Shown: positions 28,123-43,429, counted from the first letter of the stretch. The stretch is DNA of 64,000 bases from Eubacteriales bacterium (GCA_051868045.1 JBJDZN010000041.1:13087-77086), one strand, 5' to 3'. Notes: generated by a model not told the origin, from the letters alone. Made by a program: numbers and translations.

Positions 28123-29139
28123 ATGAAAAACCAAAGTAAACGCATTTCTTCCCTGCTCTGCACCCTTCTTCTGTCCGCTTCCTTCATCCTGACCGGATGT
28201 GACGGCGGCACCTCTTCGGTGACCACGGACGGTACCACCCAAAACACCGACAATCTGACCGCAACCGAGGAAACCTCCGCTCCCGAAACCACCCCTCTCA
28301 CCGAACCCGCCATTGAAGATGACGGATGGGTGACGGCCTTCTTCGGCGGCGGACCCCTCGTAACCGGACTCATCAGCCGTACCGGCTATCTTGAGCAGAT
28401 CCGCAATTCGGGCTACGACACCGTCATCGTCTGGTCGGTTCATGTCCATGACGACGGTTCCCTGTGGCTCAACGATGTCGAAGTCGCAAGGGACGGCGAA
28501 ATTGTCGCAAATAGCCGATATACGGCAACATGGAACCAGATCAAGGGCGGAGACTCCACCGTCAACCGTGTGGAACTGTCCGTCGGCGCATGGGGCTGTG
28601 CGGATTTTGAGAACATCGGAACGCTGATGGCTCGGGACGGCACCGGCAGCGACACCGTTCTCTACAAGAACTTCAAGGCACTGATCGACGCCTATGACGC
28701 CGATGCCGTCAACTTCGACGACGAAAGCTGCTATGATGTGAACGTTCTGACCGATTTCGGCAAAATGTGCGAAGATATGGGCGTCAAGGTCACTCTCTGC
28801 CCCTACACCAGGATGGATATGTGGGTGCAGGTCAAGGAAAATCTCGGCGACAACGTGGATCGTGTCTATGTTCAGTGCTATGACGGCGGTGCAGGAAACG
28901 TTTCCCAGCTCAGCACTTGGAAGCGTGCCTTCGGAATGGACGTTATCCCCGGTCTTTGGGCATCCAGAACCGACATTTCCACCACTTCGGACTTCCTTTC
29001 TTCCAACGAGAAATACATCACCGGCTGTTTCTTCTGGCTCTACGATGAAATGGCAACCATGACCTCCCCCCGTTCCTTTGAGGATTACGCCGCCGTGGTC
29101 AATGATGCCAACAAGTTTGCCGAGAGCGAGGATCAGTAA
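28123..29139 (+). CDS. lipoprotein with a GH18-like (chitinase / endo-beta-N-acetylglucosaminidase-like) TIM-barrel domain
   Basis: Lipobox ILTGCDGG. DAVNFDDES fits the GH18 DxxDxDxE block as DxxNxDxE. No other family signature recognised. Confidence 0.5.
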   Translation: MKNQSKRISSLLCTLLLSASFILTGCDGGTSSVTTDGTTQNTDNLTATEETSAPETTPLTEPAIEDDGWVTAFFGGGPLVTGLISRTGYLEQIRNSGYDTVIVWSVHVHDDGSLWLNDVEVARDGEIVANSRYTATWNQIKGGDSTVNRVELSVGAWGCADFENIGTLMARDGTGSDTVLYKNFKALIDAYDADAVNFDDESCYDVNVLTDFGKMCEDMGVKVTLCPYTRMDMWVQVKENLGDNVDRVYVQCYDGGAGNVSQLSTWKRAFGMDVIPGLWASRTDISTTSDFLSSNEKYITGCFFWLYDEMATMTSPRSFEDYAAVVNDANKFAESEDQ

Positions 29140-29223
29140 CGGCAGTTTCCTTCTCCTTGCGGTCCTTCCAAAAGGAGAAGGTTCAAATCCATTTTGCTTA
29201 CAATGACAGAACGGAGGATTTTG

Positions 29224-29937
29224 ATGCCATTTTTCTATATGGATTGGCTATATATCCTGCTGGTTCTTCCGGCAGTGATCTTTGCCATGATCGCCGGTGT
29301 AAAGGTGAACAGCACCTTCAATCGCTATTCGGAACAGATCAGCCGCAGAGGAATCACCGGTCGGGAGGCAGCCGAACGGATCCTTGCCTCCAACGGACTC
29401 AGTCACATCCGGATAGAGCGGATCAACGGCAAGTTGACGGATCACTACGATCCACGGGCGGAAGTGATCCGCCTGTCGCCCGACGTCTATAACGGAACCT
29501 CCACTGCCGCCATCGGGGTTGCCGCCCACGAGGTCGGTCATGCCATTCAGAAGTCAGAAAATTATGCTCCTTTGAGGATTCGCAACGCCATCATTCCGAT
29601 AACCAATGTCGGCTCCAAACTGGCATTGCCCCTGATTCTTCTTGGTCTTATTCTGACATCGGTAGGCTCTCAGTTTATCTGGATCGCCTATGCGGGGGTG
29701 ATCTGCTTCGGACTGTCCACCCTGTTCCAATTGGTGACCCTGCCCACCGAATTTGACGCCAGCCGCAGAGCCATGCGCTGTCTGGAGTCCTACGGAATTC
29801 TGGACGAAGATGAACTTCAAGGTTCGAGAAAGGTTCTGACGGCTGCCGCCATGACCTATGTCGCCGCCCTTGCCGTCTCTCTGATGCAACTGCTCCGCCT
29901 GCTGATCATCGTCGGCGGAAACCGGAATCGGAGATAA
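29224..29937 (+). CDS. YugP-type membrane zinc metallopeptidase (Zn_peptidase_2)
   Basis: HEVGHAIQ motif, an N-terminal TM and two C-terminal TMs. ATG 29224 has GGAGGA 6 nt upstream. Confidence 0.85.
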   Translation: MPFFYMDWLYILLVLPAVIFAMIAGVKVNSTFNRYSEQISRRGITGREAAERILASNGLSHIRIERINGKLTDHYDPRAEVIRLSPDVYNGTSTAAIGVAAHEVGHAIQKSENYAPLRIRNAIIPITNVGSKLALPLILLGLILTSVGSQFIWIAYAGVICFGLSTLFQLVTLPTEFDASRRAMRCLESYGILDEDELQGSRKVLTAAAMTYVAALAVSLMQLLRLLIIVGGNRNRR

Positions 29938-29981
29938 GAGTCAAATCGAGAGATACCGATAAAGCAATGGCAAATCAAATC

Positions 29982-30021
29982 AACCGAGGCAATCGCACGA
30001 AAGTGCCGTTGCCTCGGTTTT
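29982..30021. terminator. bidirectional terminator between the peptidase gene and atpC
   Basis: AACCGAGGCAA tcgcacgaaagtgccg TTGCCTCGGTT followed by TT. Confidence 0.65.
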
Positions 30022-30042
30022 GATATTTGGAAGGAATAAAAC

Positions 30043-32560
<2,518 letters not shown>

Positions 32561-32612
32561 TTTGAATCTACCTTTCTGAATCCCCCCGGCTGGCAGGGGC
32601 GTTTCAATCCTA

Positions 32613-34111
<1,499 letters not shown>

Positions 34112-34115
<4 letters not shown>

Positions 34116-34642
34116 TCCTGCATCACTTCCTTTACATCACTAAGTCGGTGCCGCAGACTGCCGTCAATGCGGACACCGTCAATTTCCACGACCATTCCCC
34201 CAAGCAGGGTAGGATCGCAGTCGCAAAAAAGCCTGACACTCTTGTGAAATTTCTTTTCCAGAGCCGTTTTCAGACGGGCGATCTCGTCCTTTGTCAGCTC
34301 TCTTGCCGAGCGCACCTTGGCAGGCAGGATTCCCGCCGCCTTGTCGTACAACTCCCGATAATCTGCTATGCAGTCGGGAATCAGGTGCGCATGGTTCTTT
34401 TCGGTCAGGATCTGCAAAAAGGAAAGGACATACTCGGGAAGGCTGTCCCCGAAAGCCTCTGCCAATGCGGCGGTGCGCTCCGACTTGGGGATGGTGGGAC
34501 AGGAGAGAAAGAGGACGTAACCGGGATTTTCGGTCAGAAGGTCCCTTACCTGTTCAAGTGCCGCAAGGGTTTGCTTCTCGCTGCTGCTTTCGGTTGCCAG
34601 CGAGAAGAGTGCCATTGCATATTCCTTACTGCTCTGCTTCAA
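34112..34642 (-). CDS. atpH: F1 ATP synthase delta (OSCP) subunit
   Basis: Its position between atpF and atpA, with an ATGA overlap with atp[10 protein letters not shown] start and [17 protein letters not shown] end. Confidence 0.9.
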
Positions 34643-34675
34643 CTTAATTGACCATGCCTTTCAATCGTAAAATCG

Positions 34676-35218
34676 TTACTTCGTTTCCGGTTCGTCCAGC
34701 TGTGTCAGGAAGGACTCAATCAAACGGTCGTGATCCTTCGGATTGATCTCACGCTCCAGCATTTTCTCTGCCAGCGCAGCAGACAGATCGGCGATTTCCT
34801 TTTTCATCTGCTGATCCGCCGCTCTCTGCTCCAGTTCAATCTGATCCTTGGCAGACCGAACCATCTGGTCGGCGTCCGCCTTCGCATTTGCAAGAATCTT
34901 TTCCGACTCACTCTTTGCCAGATCGGTGGCAGTGCGGATTCTGCGGTCCGACTCCTCGTCAGCCTTGGAGAGCTTCTCTGCCCATTTTGCGGCATCAGCC
35001 TCGGCACCCGCTTTGGCATCCTCGGTCTCCTTCACCGTATCGTCCAGCTCCTTCTGCCTTGCCGCAAGCATCTTGCGCACCGGCTTATAGAGGAACTTTT
35101 TGAGAATCAGGAAAAGGATCAGCAGGTTGCATAAGGAGATCAACATCTGCCAGAGATTGAACGAGATCACTTCCTGGGTTGCCGCCAACGCCAAAATTGG
35201 CAAAAATTGACTTTGCAT
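34676..35218 (-). CDS. atpF: Fo ATP synthase b subunit
   Basis: Single N-terminal TM followed by a long charged helix. ATG 35218 has GGGGAG 8 nt upstream. Confidence 0.88.
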   Translation of the reverse strand: MQSQFLPILALAATQEVISFNLWQMLISLCNLLILFLILKKFLYKPVRKMLAARQKELDDTVKETEDAKAGAEADAAKWAEKLSKADEESDRRIRTATDLAKSESEKILANAKADADQMVRSAKDQIELEQRAADQQMKKEIADLSAALAEKMLEREINPKDHDRLIESFLTQLDEPETK

Positions 35219-35234
35219 GAATGTCACTCCCCGC

Positions 35235-36574
<1,340 letters not shown>

Positions 36575-36652
36575 TTTGATTCTTTCCTTTTCATCTTCAT
36601 CCAAAAGGTTCATTCAAAAGGATTTTTCGTCAGAAGACCCGTTTGCAGCAGG

Positions 36653-37093
36653 TCAGTCCCGCATATTTTTGAACAGAGGAAAAAACATCTGGGCGATGGG
36701 CGGGAAGAACAGGGGAATGATCACGGCGAAGGGATTGAAGATTTTCGGAAGCAACAGTCCCAGGGCGGCGATCACGATGTACATCAGTCTTCTTAACAGA
36801 AAGGAGGTCCGGATCTTCTGACGCTGAAGCTTTTCATCCTCCTCGCCGGCGGCACGGGACAGTGCGACGGCATACCACCAAAAATTCAGGACTGCCGCAG
36901 CTGCCGACAGAAGATTGCCCAGCAGAACGGTATAGTCCCATTTTCCGATGATCAGAAAGACGCTTTGCATCAGGAGGCTGAGGATCAGCGTCCATGTCAG
37001 AATATAAAGGGTGCTTTTCCGCACCACATTCCGATTGTCCACAGCACTGCCTCCGAATTCACATTTATTATCATGATTCATTTCCGTTTTCAT
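36653..37093 (-). CDS. atpI: AtpI-like small membrane protein (first gene of the atp operon)
   Basis: Its position upstream of atpB, with 3-4 hydrophobic helices. The start codon is uncertain because there is no clear RBS. Confidence 0.6.
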   Translation of the reverse strand: MKTEMNHDNKCEFGGSAVDNRNVVRKSTLYILTWTLILSLLMQSVFLIIGKWDYTVLLGNLLSAAAAVLNFWWYAVALSRAAGEEDEKLQRQKIRTSFLLRRLMYIVIAALGLLLPKIFNPFAVIIPLFFPPIAQMFFPLFKNMRD

Positions 37094-37106
37094 TCGCTTA
37101 TTATGG

Positions 37107-37135
37107 TATTATAACCCTTTTCCCGCCGATTGTCA
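37107..37135 (-). promoter_or_regulatory. sigma-70-like promoter candidate for the atp operon
   Basis: On the minus strand: TTGACA (37135-37130), 17-nt spacer, TATAAT (37112-37107). Confidence 0.5.
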
Positions 37136-37330
37136 AGCCGATTTTCGCAAAAATCAGGGGTGTGGAAAAAAGTTTACCAATTTGGCACATTTTGGACAAA
37201 ATCGCAATAAAGCCGAACGCATATCCATACGATTTTGCGAAAGTGTCTTATTATTTTACTTTTTCCTTATCCGAAACGCATCCACAGGATCCAAACGGAT
37301 AAATTCACCGGCGGAAGGGAGTCCCAAGCC

Positions 37331-38701
37331 TTATAAAAAAATGTCGTCCAGCGTATTCAGGGCGGCTTTGACGGCGGAAATGACGATGACATGATCGCCC
37401 TCCAGAATCACCGTGTTGCCGTCGGGGATGATCGCCTGATCCCCGCGAAGAATCGCTCCCAGCAAAATGTGTTTTTTCAGCTTCATTTCGGAAGATTTCA
37501 GGGGGATTCCCAGCTTTTTCCCGGTGGGATAAGCGATAAACTCGGTTGCCTCTGCCTGTGCATCGGCAATCCGGTAGAGACGCTGGATGTCGTTGCCCTT
37601 CTCATTGTAGACCGCCAGATTGCGCACGCAGGCGAGAATCCGATCCACCGAAATCACCGCAGGGGAGAAGGTGTTCTGGATATTGACGCTGTGAAGCAGT
37701 CTCTCATAGGAAGGAGAGGTCAGCTTGGTCAGAATCGACGGCACCTTACAGGACCAGGCAAACATGGAGATCGCCAGATTGTCCTCGTCCTTGCCGGTCA
37801 GCGATACGCAGGCGTCCGCCGACTCGATGCCCTCCTCCTTCAGCACATCGGCATCGGTTCCCTCCCCGAAACAGACGTTGGCATCGGGAAGAAGGTTCGC
37901 CAGTTCCACGCACCGATCCTTGTCGGACTCGATGACCGTCACCGATTTATGCTCCGAAAGCAGCCGTTTCGCCAGATAATAGCAGACGGTGCCGCCGCCA
38001 ACGATCAGAACGCTCTTCGCCGGCTTCTTCATCAGTTCCAACTTGGTCAGAACCTGCTTCATGGAGTCGTTGGGAACGATCAGACCCAGCACATCCTGCC
38101 GTTCTATCACCAGTGCGCCGTTGGGAATCAGCACCTTCCCCTTTCTGGACACCGTTCCCACCAGCAGATTGGTTTCAAAGTACTCCCGAATCTGCCGCAG
38201 GGACATTCCCACCAGTGGGGAGCCGTCCCCGACCGTATAGGAGAAAAGCACCACCGAAGAGCCGAAAAAGCCCTCCGCATGAACCGTTCCGGGCAGACCG
38301 ATGTGCATTGCCATCTCTGCTGCCGTGTCCAGCTGGGGATTGACGGTGAAATCAATTTTGAAATCCCGGTTCAGACTTTCGGTTTCCTCCGAGAAATCGG
38401 GATTGTGAACCACTGCCACCGCATATCGGGTGCCGTAACTCTTTGCCGCCGCACAGCACATGACATTGATCTCGTCCGATCCCGTCACCGAGATGATCAG
38501 ATCGGCGGTGTCCGCCCCGGCTTTCATCAGTGTGGCACGTGTGATCCCGCTGCCGCAGACTCCGCCTACGTTGTATTTATCGGTAACTTCTTCCACAGCC
38601 TTCTGACTGCGATCAATGACCGTTACGTCGTGTCCGTCACGGGGAATCCGATCGGCAAGCATCCGTCCGACCCGTCCCATTCCCACAATGATGATTTTCA
38701 T
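37331..38701 (-). CDS. trkA: TrkA-type tandem RCK (NAD-binding) regulatory protein
   Basis: MKIIIVGMGRVGRMLA and a second LIVGGGTVCYYLAKRL Rossmann motif. ATG 38701 overlaps the antiporter stop (ATGA), and AAGGGAGGA lies upstream. Confidence 0.9.
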   Translation of the reverse strand: MKIIIVGMGRVGRMLADRIPRDGHDVTVIDRSQKAVEEVTDKYNVGGVCGSGITRATLMKAGADTADLIISVTGSDEINVMCCAAAKSYGTRYAVAVVHNPDFSEETESLNRDFKIDFTVNPQLDTAAEMAMHIGLPGTVHAEGFFGSSVVLFSYTVGDGSPLVGMSLRQIREYFETNLLVGTVSRKGKVLIPNGALVIERQDVLGLIVPNDSMKQVLTKLELMKKPAKSVLIVGGGTVCYYLAKRLLSEHKSVTVIESDKDRCVELANLLPDANVCFGEGTDADVLKEEGIESADACVSLTGKDEDNLAISMFAWSCKVPSILTKLTSPSYERLLHSVNIQNTFSPAVISVDRILACVRNLAVYNEKGNDIQRLYRIADAQAEATEFIAYPTGKKLGIPLKSSEMKLKKHILLGAILRGDQAIIPDGNTVILEGDHVIVISAVKAALNTLDDIFL

Positions 38702-40041
38702 AGTCTTCCTGTCCTCCCTTTCCGCATCCAAATCAGTTGTCCATGTTTTCCCGAATCTGCTTTTTCCGACAGTCTTGCCGCCTTATGCTTCTCAATCTTC
38801 CGATAGACCGGCTTGACCGTCATGCCCTGCACCAGCACGGTGAACAGGATGATGAAGAAGGCACTGTTCTGCACGATCAGATAAACCGGTTCGCTGAGAA
38901 ATTCCTTGGTACTCAGTGCCAATGCCAGGGTCAGTCCCCCTTTCAGGGCACTCCAGGTCATCAGCATGACGAATTCGGACAGGCAGTAGCCTCCGGGAAT
39001 GCTCCGTTTTCCGGTCAGCAGGGCAGACGATCCCGCCCCCGCCCACCGGGAGAGAATTGCGATCAGAATCGCAAAAGGAATGACGATCAGGGCATAGGAG
39101 CTGATCTCCAGTGACAGCACCGACAGTCCCACCAGAACGAAGAGAATCGAGTTCAGCACCGACTCCAGCACCTCCCAGAAATCCACGTACAGGTTGCGGG
39201 AGTCCACCACTGCCCGTCTGCGCTCGATCTTGCCCATGCTCCAGGAGAAATACATTCCGCAGATGACCGAGGCAAGAACTCCCGAAAATCCGGCGTGTTC
39301 GCAGACCACATAGACCGCTCCCACGTCCACAAGGCTGATCACGATGTGCATGACGGGGTCCTTGGTCAGTTTCAGCAGTTGGAAAAGCAGGAAGGAGAAG
39401 ACAAGGGCAACCACCACGGCACCCAGCACCTCTTTTGCCATGACCAGAAAGAAGTTTGCCGTGCCGTCCTGCTTGACGATGCTCCCCACGAAGACGAACA
39501 GTGCCACGCCGATGCCGTCGTTGAACAGCGACTCGCTTTCAATGACGGCGGTGACATTCTTGGAAAGTCCCAGTTTGTTCAGAATTGCCGTTGCGGCAAT
39601 GGGATCGGTGGGGGAGACGATGCACCCGATCAGCAGGCAGACCCAAAGGTTGACCGGCAGACCGAAGATCAGGGCAACCAGCCAGAACAGCAGTCCGTAG
39701 ACCGCCGAAGAAATGACGGTGGTCAGCAGAGCCAGCAGACTGATGACCTTCAGATTCTGTCTGAATTTGCGGAAATTCAGCTTGCCCGCTCCGGCAAACA
39801 GCATAAAGCAGAGAACGAAATCCAAAAGGTACTCGCCGAACCGGAAATTGTCTCCCGAAGGGATCAGTGACCGGAGGCTCTCCAATCCGGGGATCCGCCC
39901 GAGGGCAAAAAAAACTCCGCAGAAAATCAGCGTAAAGAGCAGGAGTGCAATGTCGCCCTGCAAATGAAAAATCCGCTCATTCAACAGTCCGATCAGGACG
40001 ATGAAAAAGAGCGTCATGACCCAGAATCCCAGTGTACCCAC
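38698..40041 (-). CDS. CPA1-family Na+/H+ (cation/proton) antiporter, NhaP-like
   Basis: Roughly 12 TM segments, with IVSPTDPIAA and ESLFNDGIGVALF motifs typical of Na_H_Exchanger. GTG start with GAGAGGG 7 nt upstream. Confidence 0.85.
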   Translation of the reverse strand: MGTLGFWVMTLFFIVLIGLLNERIFHLQGDIALLLFTLIFCGVFFALGRIPGLESLRSLIPSGDNFRFGEYLLDFVLCFMLFAGAGKLNFRKFRQNLKVISLLALLTTVISSAVYGLLFWLVALIFGLPVNLWVCLLIGCIVSPTDPIAATAILNKLGLSKNVTAVIESESLFNDGIGVALFVFVGSIVKQDGTANFFLVMAKEVLGAVVVALVFSFLLFQLLKLTKDPVMHIVISLVDVGAVYVVCEHAGFSGVLASVICGMYFSWSMGKIERRRAVVDSRNLYVDFWEVLESVLNSILFVLVGLSVLSLEISSYALIVIPFAILIAILSRWAGAGSSALLTGKRSIPGGYCLSEFVMLMTWSALKGGLTLALALSTKEFLSEPVYLIVQNSAFFIILFTVLVQGMTVKPVYRKIEKHKAARLSEKADSGKHGQLIWMRKGRTGRL

Positions 40042-40156
40042 CGAAATGCCCTCTCAATCCCAAGAATTTACGATTTCCCTTTATTTTAGCATATTTTCGT
40101 CGGATTGTCAAGACAGCCGCAACATCTTTTCAGGGCGAAAAAACGCCGCCAACGGC

Positions 40157-40185
40157 TTGACAAATTCTTCCGGATTAGGTATAAT
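40157..40185 (+). promoter_or_regulatory. sigma-70-like promoter candidate
   Basis: TTGACA at 40157-40162, 17-nt spacer, TATAAT at 40180-40185. Confidence 0.5.
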
Positions 40186-40248
40186 AGATTCAGATGTCAG
40201 AAGTCGTTCAGGAAAACGCCAAAATCAGAATTACCAAGGAGGACAACC

Positions 40249-41517
40249 ATGAAAGTCCAAAACATCCTCTCCCTTCTTTTATCCCTGACCCTCTCCCTGC
40301 CCCTGCTCGCCGGATGCAATACAGAGACACCGGCAAACAGCAGTGACACCGGCACGGATGTCGGCATTGGCACCGGAACGGATACCGCCACCGGTATTCC
40401 CACGGACACCTTCAGCACCACCGTCTCTGCCACCATCCCATCGGAATCGCCAACCGAACCGGAGGTACCCGGGAACCAGTGGAAGACCGTCTGTGCCGGA
40501 CAATCCTGCTATGCCGCCATTACCGGGGACGGCTCCCTCTATATGTGGGGCATAAATACCAACGGGCAACTGGGCAACGGTACGAAGGAGGACAGTCCTG
40601 TTCCCGTCAAAATCATGGACAATGTGCAATCGGTCAGTCTGGGCAGTATGCACAGTGCCGCCGTTACCGAAAGCGGAGATCTCTACCTATGGGGAAGCAA
40701 CATCTACGGACAACTGGGGACCGTTGAAAATAAATCCAGCTTAACGCCGATCAGGATTATGAGAAACGTAGCCTCCGTCTGCCTCTCAGAGACCCGCAGT
40801 GCCGCCATCACCACCGACGGTGAACTCTATCTGTGGGGGAAGAACCCCAACGGAGAGATCGGAACCGGTACAGCAGAGGACAGTCCCGTTCCCGTCAAAA
40901 TCATGGACAACGTACAATCGGTCAGCCTTGGCTACATGCACACTGCGGCGATCACCACCGACGGCTCGCTTTATCTGTGGGGTGACAACGCCGAAGGGGA
41001 ACTCGGAACCGGGAACCGGAAGTCCAGTATGACGCCGGTCAAGGTCATGGACAACGTGCAATCGGTCAGCCTCGGTTTTTTGCACAGTGCGGCGATCACC
41101 AAGGACGGCAAACTCTATCTGTGGGGAAGCAACTGCGCCGGACAGATCGGATGCGGGCTCAGCGAGGATCCGACTGAAGCCTTCCTGTCCCCTGTCAAAA
41201 TCATGGACAATGTGCAATCGGTCAGCACCGGCTTCGATTTCACTGCCGCCGTCACGAAAAGCGGCATCCTCTACCTATGGGGATGGAACAAATACGGTCA
41301 GTTGGGCAACGGAAAAACGGCAGACAGCGGTACGCCTGTCAAAATCATGAGCAAGGTTGCCTCTGTCAGTCTCTGCAATTTAAACAGTGCCGCCATCACC
41401 ACCGACGGTGAGCTCTACCTTTGGGGGTTGAACAGCCACGGACAGTTGGGCGACGGCACAACGGAGAACAGCTCTACCCCCGTCAAACTCGCTCCCCCCG
41501 AATCGGGCGAAGACTGA
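40249..41517 (+). CDS. RCC1/BLIP-II repeat lipoprotein (seven-bladed propeller)
   Basis: AAGGAGGA RBS and lipobox LLAGCN. Seven repeats of the YLWGxNxxGQLGxG...PVKIMDNVQSVS type. Confidence 0.85.
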   Translation: MKVQNILSLLLSLTLSLPLLAGCNTETPANSSDTGTDVGIGTGTDTATGIPTDTFSTTVSATIPSESPTEPEVPGNQWKTVCAGQSCYAAITGDGSLYMWGINTNGQLGNGTKEDSPVPVKIMDNVQSVSLGSMHSAAVTESGDLYLWGSNIYGQLGTVENKSSLTPIRIMRNVASVCLSETRSAAITTDGELYLWGKNPNGEIGTGTAEDSPVPVKIMDNVQSVSLGYMHTAAITTDGSLYLWGDNAEGELGTGNRKSSMTPVKVMDNVQSVSLGFLHSAAITKDGKLYLWGSNCAGQIGCGLSEDPTEAFLSPVKIMDNVQSVSTGFDFTAAVTKSGILYLWGWNKYGQLGNGKTADSGTPVKIMSKVASVSLCNLNSAAITTDGELYLWGLNSHGQLGDGTTENSSTPVKLAPPESGED

Positions 41518-41531
41518 CCCATGACAAATTC

Positions 41532-41568
41532 AGAGCGGCAGAATCGGTTCTGCCGCTCTGCTCTTTTT
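41532..41568 (+). terminator. intrinsic terminator after the RCC1 gene
   Basis: AGAGCGGCAGAA tcgg TTCTGCCGCTCT followed by GCTCTTTTT. Confidence 0.75.
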
Positions 41569-41626
41569 GAGGCGGAATTTCTCGCTCAATTCCCGTCCGA
41601 ACGCCCATCAAAATGGTCAAAACCCC

Positions 41627-41655
41627 TTGACAAATGCGCCGAAATGGTGTACAAT
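41627..41655 (+). promoter_or_regulatory. consensus sigma-70 promoter for proS
   Basis: TTGACA at 41627-41632, 17-nt spacer, TACAAT at 41650-41655. Confidence 0.55.
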
Positions 41656-41701
41656 TGGCATGACTGTAATAAAAATCCCACATACAAAGGAGAACAAAAA
41701 A

Positions 41702-43429
41702 ATGCTGGTCAGCAAAATGCTTGGAGAGCGGCTGAAGGAAGCCCCCAAGGACTGTGTAATCGAGAGTCACGCCCAGATGATCCGGGGCGGCTATATGAAA
41801 TATGTGAGCAACGGCAGCTATTCGCTGTTCATGCCCGGAAAACGAATCACCCGCAAGATCGAGGAGATTATCCGCCGTGAAATGGACAAAATCGACGGTC
41901 AGGAGGTTCTCTTCCCCGTCGTTATGCCTGCATCCCTCTGGGAGGAGTCGGGCAGATACACCTCCATCGGCAGTGAGATGGCAAGATTCACCGACCGTAA
42001 CGGCAATCCCATGGTACTGGGCATGACCCACGAGGAGGCGGCAGTTCAGCTTGCCAGAGACACCGCCAAATCCTACACCGACTTTCCCTTCATGATCTAT
42101 CAGATTCAGACCAAGTTCCGGGACGAGCCTCGTGCCAGAGGCGGTCTTATCCGCGTCCGTGAGTTCACCATGAAGGACGCTTACTCCTTCCACACCTCTA
42201 TGGAGGATCTGGAGCAGTACTATCAGCGTTGCTACGATGCTTACGTGCGCATCTACAAGAAGGCGGGCGCAAAGAACGTGGTTGCCGTCAAGTCCGACTC
42301 GGGCATGATGGGCGGCTCCGTCTCCCATGAGTTCATGCTTCTGTCCGAAATCGGCGAGGACACCCTTGCCATCTGCTCCGACTGCGACTACAAGGCAAAT
42401 GTGGAAGCGGCAGAGTGCATCGTGGACAACGGAACTCCCGCCGAGCCCGAAGAGCTGACCGAAGTCTCCACCCCCGGCGTCAAGACCATCGAGGCTCTTT
42501 GCAATCTGCTGTCGGTCAAGGCGAAAAAGCTGTGCAAGGCGGTAGTTTATCAGAAGAATGAGACCGACGAATATGTGATCGTCTTTATCCGGGGCGATCT
42601 GGAGGTCAACGAGACCAAACTGCGCAACTACCTGCGTGAGAACATTCATCCTGCCGCCGAGATTGACGGGGACTGCGGCATCGTTCCCGGATTCATCGGA
42701 CCCGTTGGACTGTCTGCCAAGGCGACGGTGGTCTACGACCGTTCGCTGTCCGGCACTTCCAATCTGGTCTGCGGTGCCAACAAGGAAGACACCCATTTGA
42801 AAAACTTCAACATCAGCCGTGACGTGGACAATCCCGTCTTCGTGGACGTTGCCAAAGCGACCTCCGGCGGAATCTGCCCGATCTGCGGCAGACATTCCAT
42901 CAAGCTCTTCAAGGGCATCGAGGTCGGCAACATCTTCCAGCTGGGAACCAAGTACACCAAATCCATGAACATGACCTATCTGGACCGTGACGGACAGAGA
43001 CAGTACCCCATCATGGGCTGTTACGGCATCGGTGTCGGCAGACTGTCGGCATCCATCTGTCAGGAAAGCCACGACCAGTACGGACCCATCTGGCCCATTA
43101 CCATCGCCCCCTGGCAGGTAGAGATCTGCAATCTGCGCACCGACGATCCCACGGTCAACTCCATTGCAGACAAGCTGTATGCCGATCTTCAGGATGCCGG
43201 CGTGGAGGTTCTGTACGACAACCGTGACATCCGTCCCGGCTCCATGTTCGCCGATGCCGACCTGTTCGGCATTCCCGTCCGTGTGGTGGTCAGCCCCAAG
43301 ACCTGCGGAAGGGGCGTTGTGGAGGTTGCCACCCGTGACAAGAGTTACAAGGCAGACATCGCCATTGAAACTGCCGCATCCGAGATCACTGCCATGGTCA
43401 ACAGGATGCTGAAGGAATACGAGGACTGA
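41702..43429 (+). CDS. proS: prolyl-tRNA synthetase (bacterial type with an inserted editing domain)
   Basis: FPVVMPASLWEESGR, FRDEPRARGGLIRVREFTMKDAYSF and GCYGIGVGRL class II motifs. ATG 41702 follows AAAGGAG. Confidence 0.95.
   Translation: MLVSKMLGERLKEAPKDCVIESHAQMIRGGYMKYVSNGSYSLFMPGKRITRKIEEIIRREMDKIDGQEVLFPVVMPASLWEESGRYTSIGSEMARFTDRNGNPMVLGMTHEEAAVQLARDTAKSYTDFPFMIYQIQTKFRDEPRARGGLIRVREFTMKDAYSFHTSMEDLEQYYQRCYDAYVRIYKKAGAKNVVAVKSDSGMMGGSVSHEFMLLSEIGEDTLAICSDCDYKANVEAAECIVDNGTPAEPEELTEVSTPGVKTIEALCNLLSVKAKKLCKAVVYQKNETDEYVIVFIRGDLEVNETKLRNYLRENIHPAAEIDGDCGIVPGFIGPVGLSAKATVVYDRSLSGTSNLVCGANKEDTHLKNFNISRDVDNPVFVDVAKATSGGICPICGRHSIKLFKGIEVGNIFQLGTKYTKSMNMTYLDRDGQRQYPIMGCYGIGVGRLSASICQESHDQYGPIWPITIAPWQVEICNLRTDDPTVNSIADKLYADLQDAGVEVLYDNRDIRPGSMFADADLFGIPVRVVVSPKTCGRGVVEVATRDKSYKADIAIETAASEITAMVNRMLKEYED

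Noticed and set aside
41569-41701. T-box riboswitch upstream of proS
   Set aside because: A consensus promoter sits at 41627-41655, leaving only a ~40-nt leader. That is too short for a T-box, and there is no T-box 14-mer or terminator/antiterminator pair.
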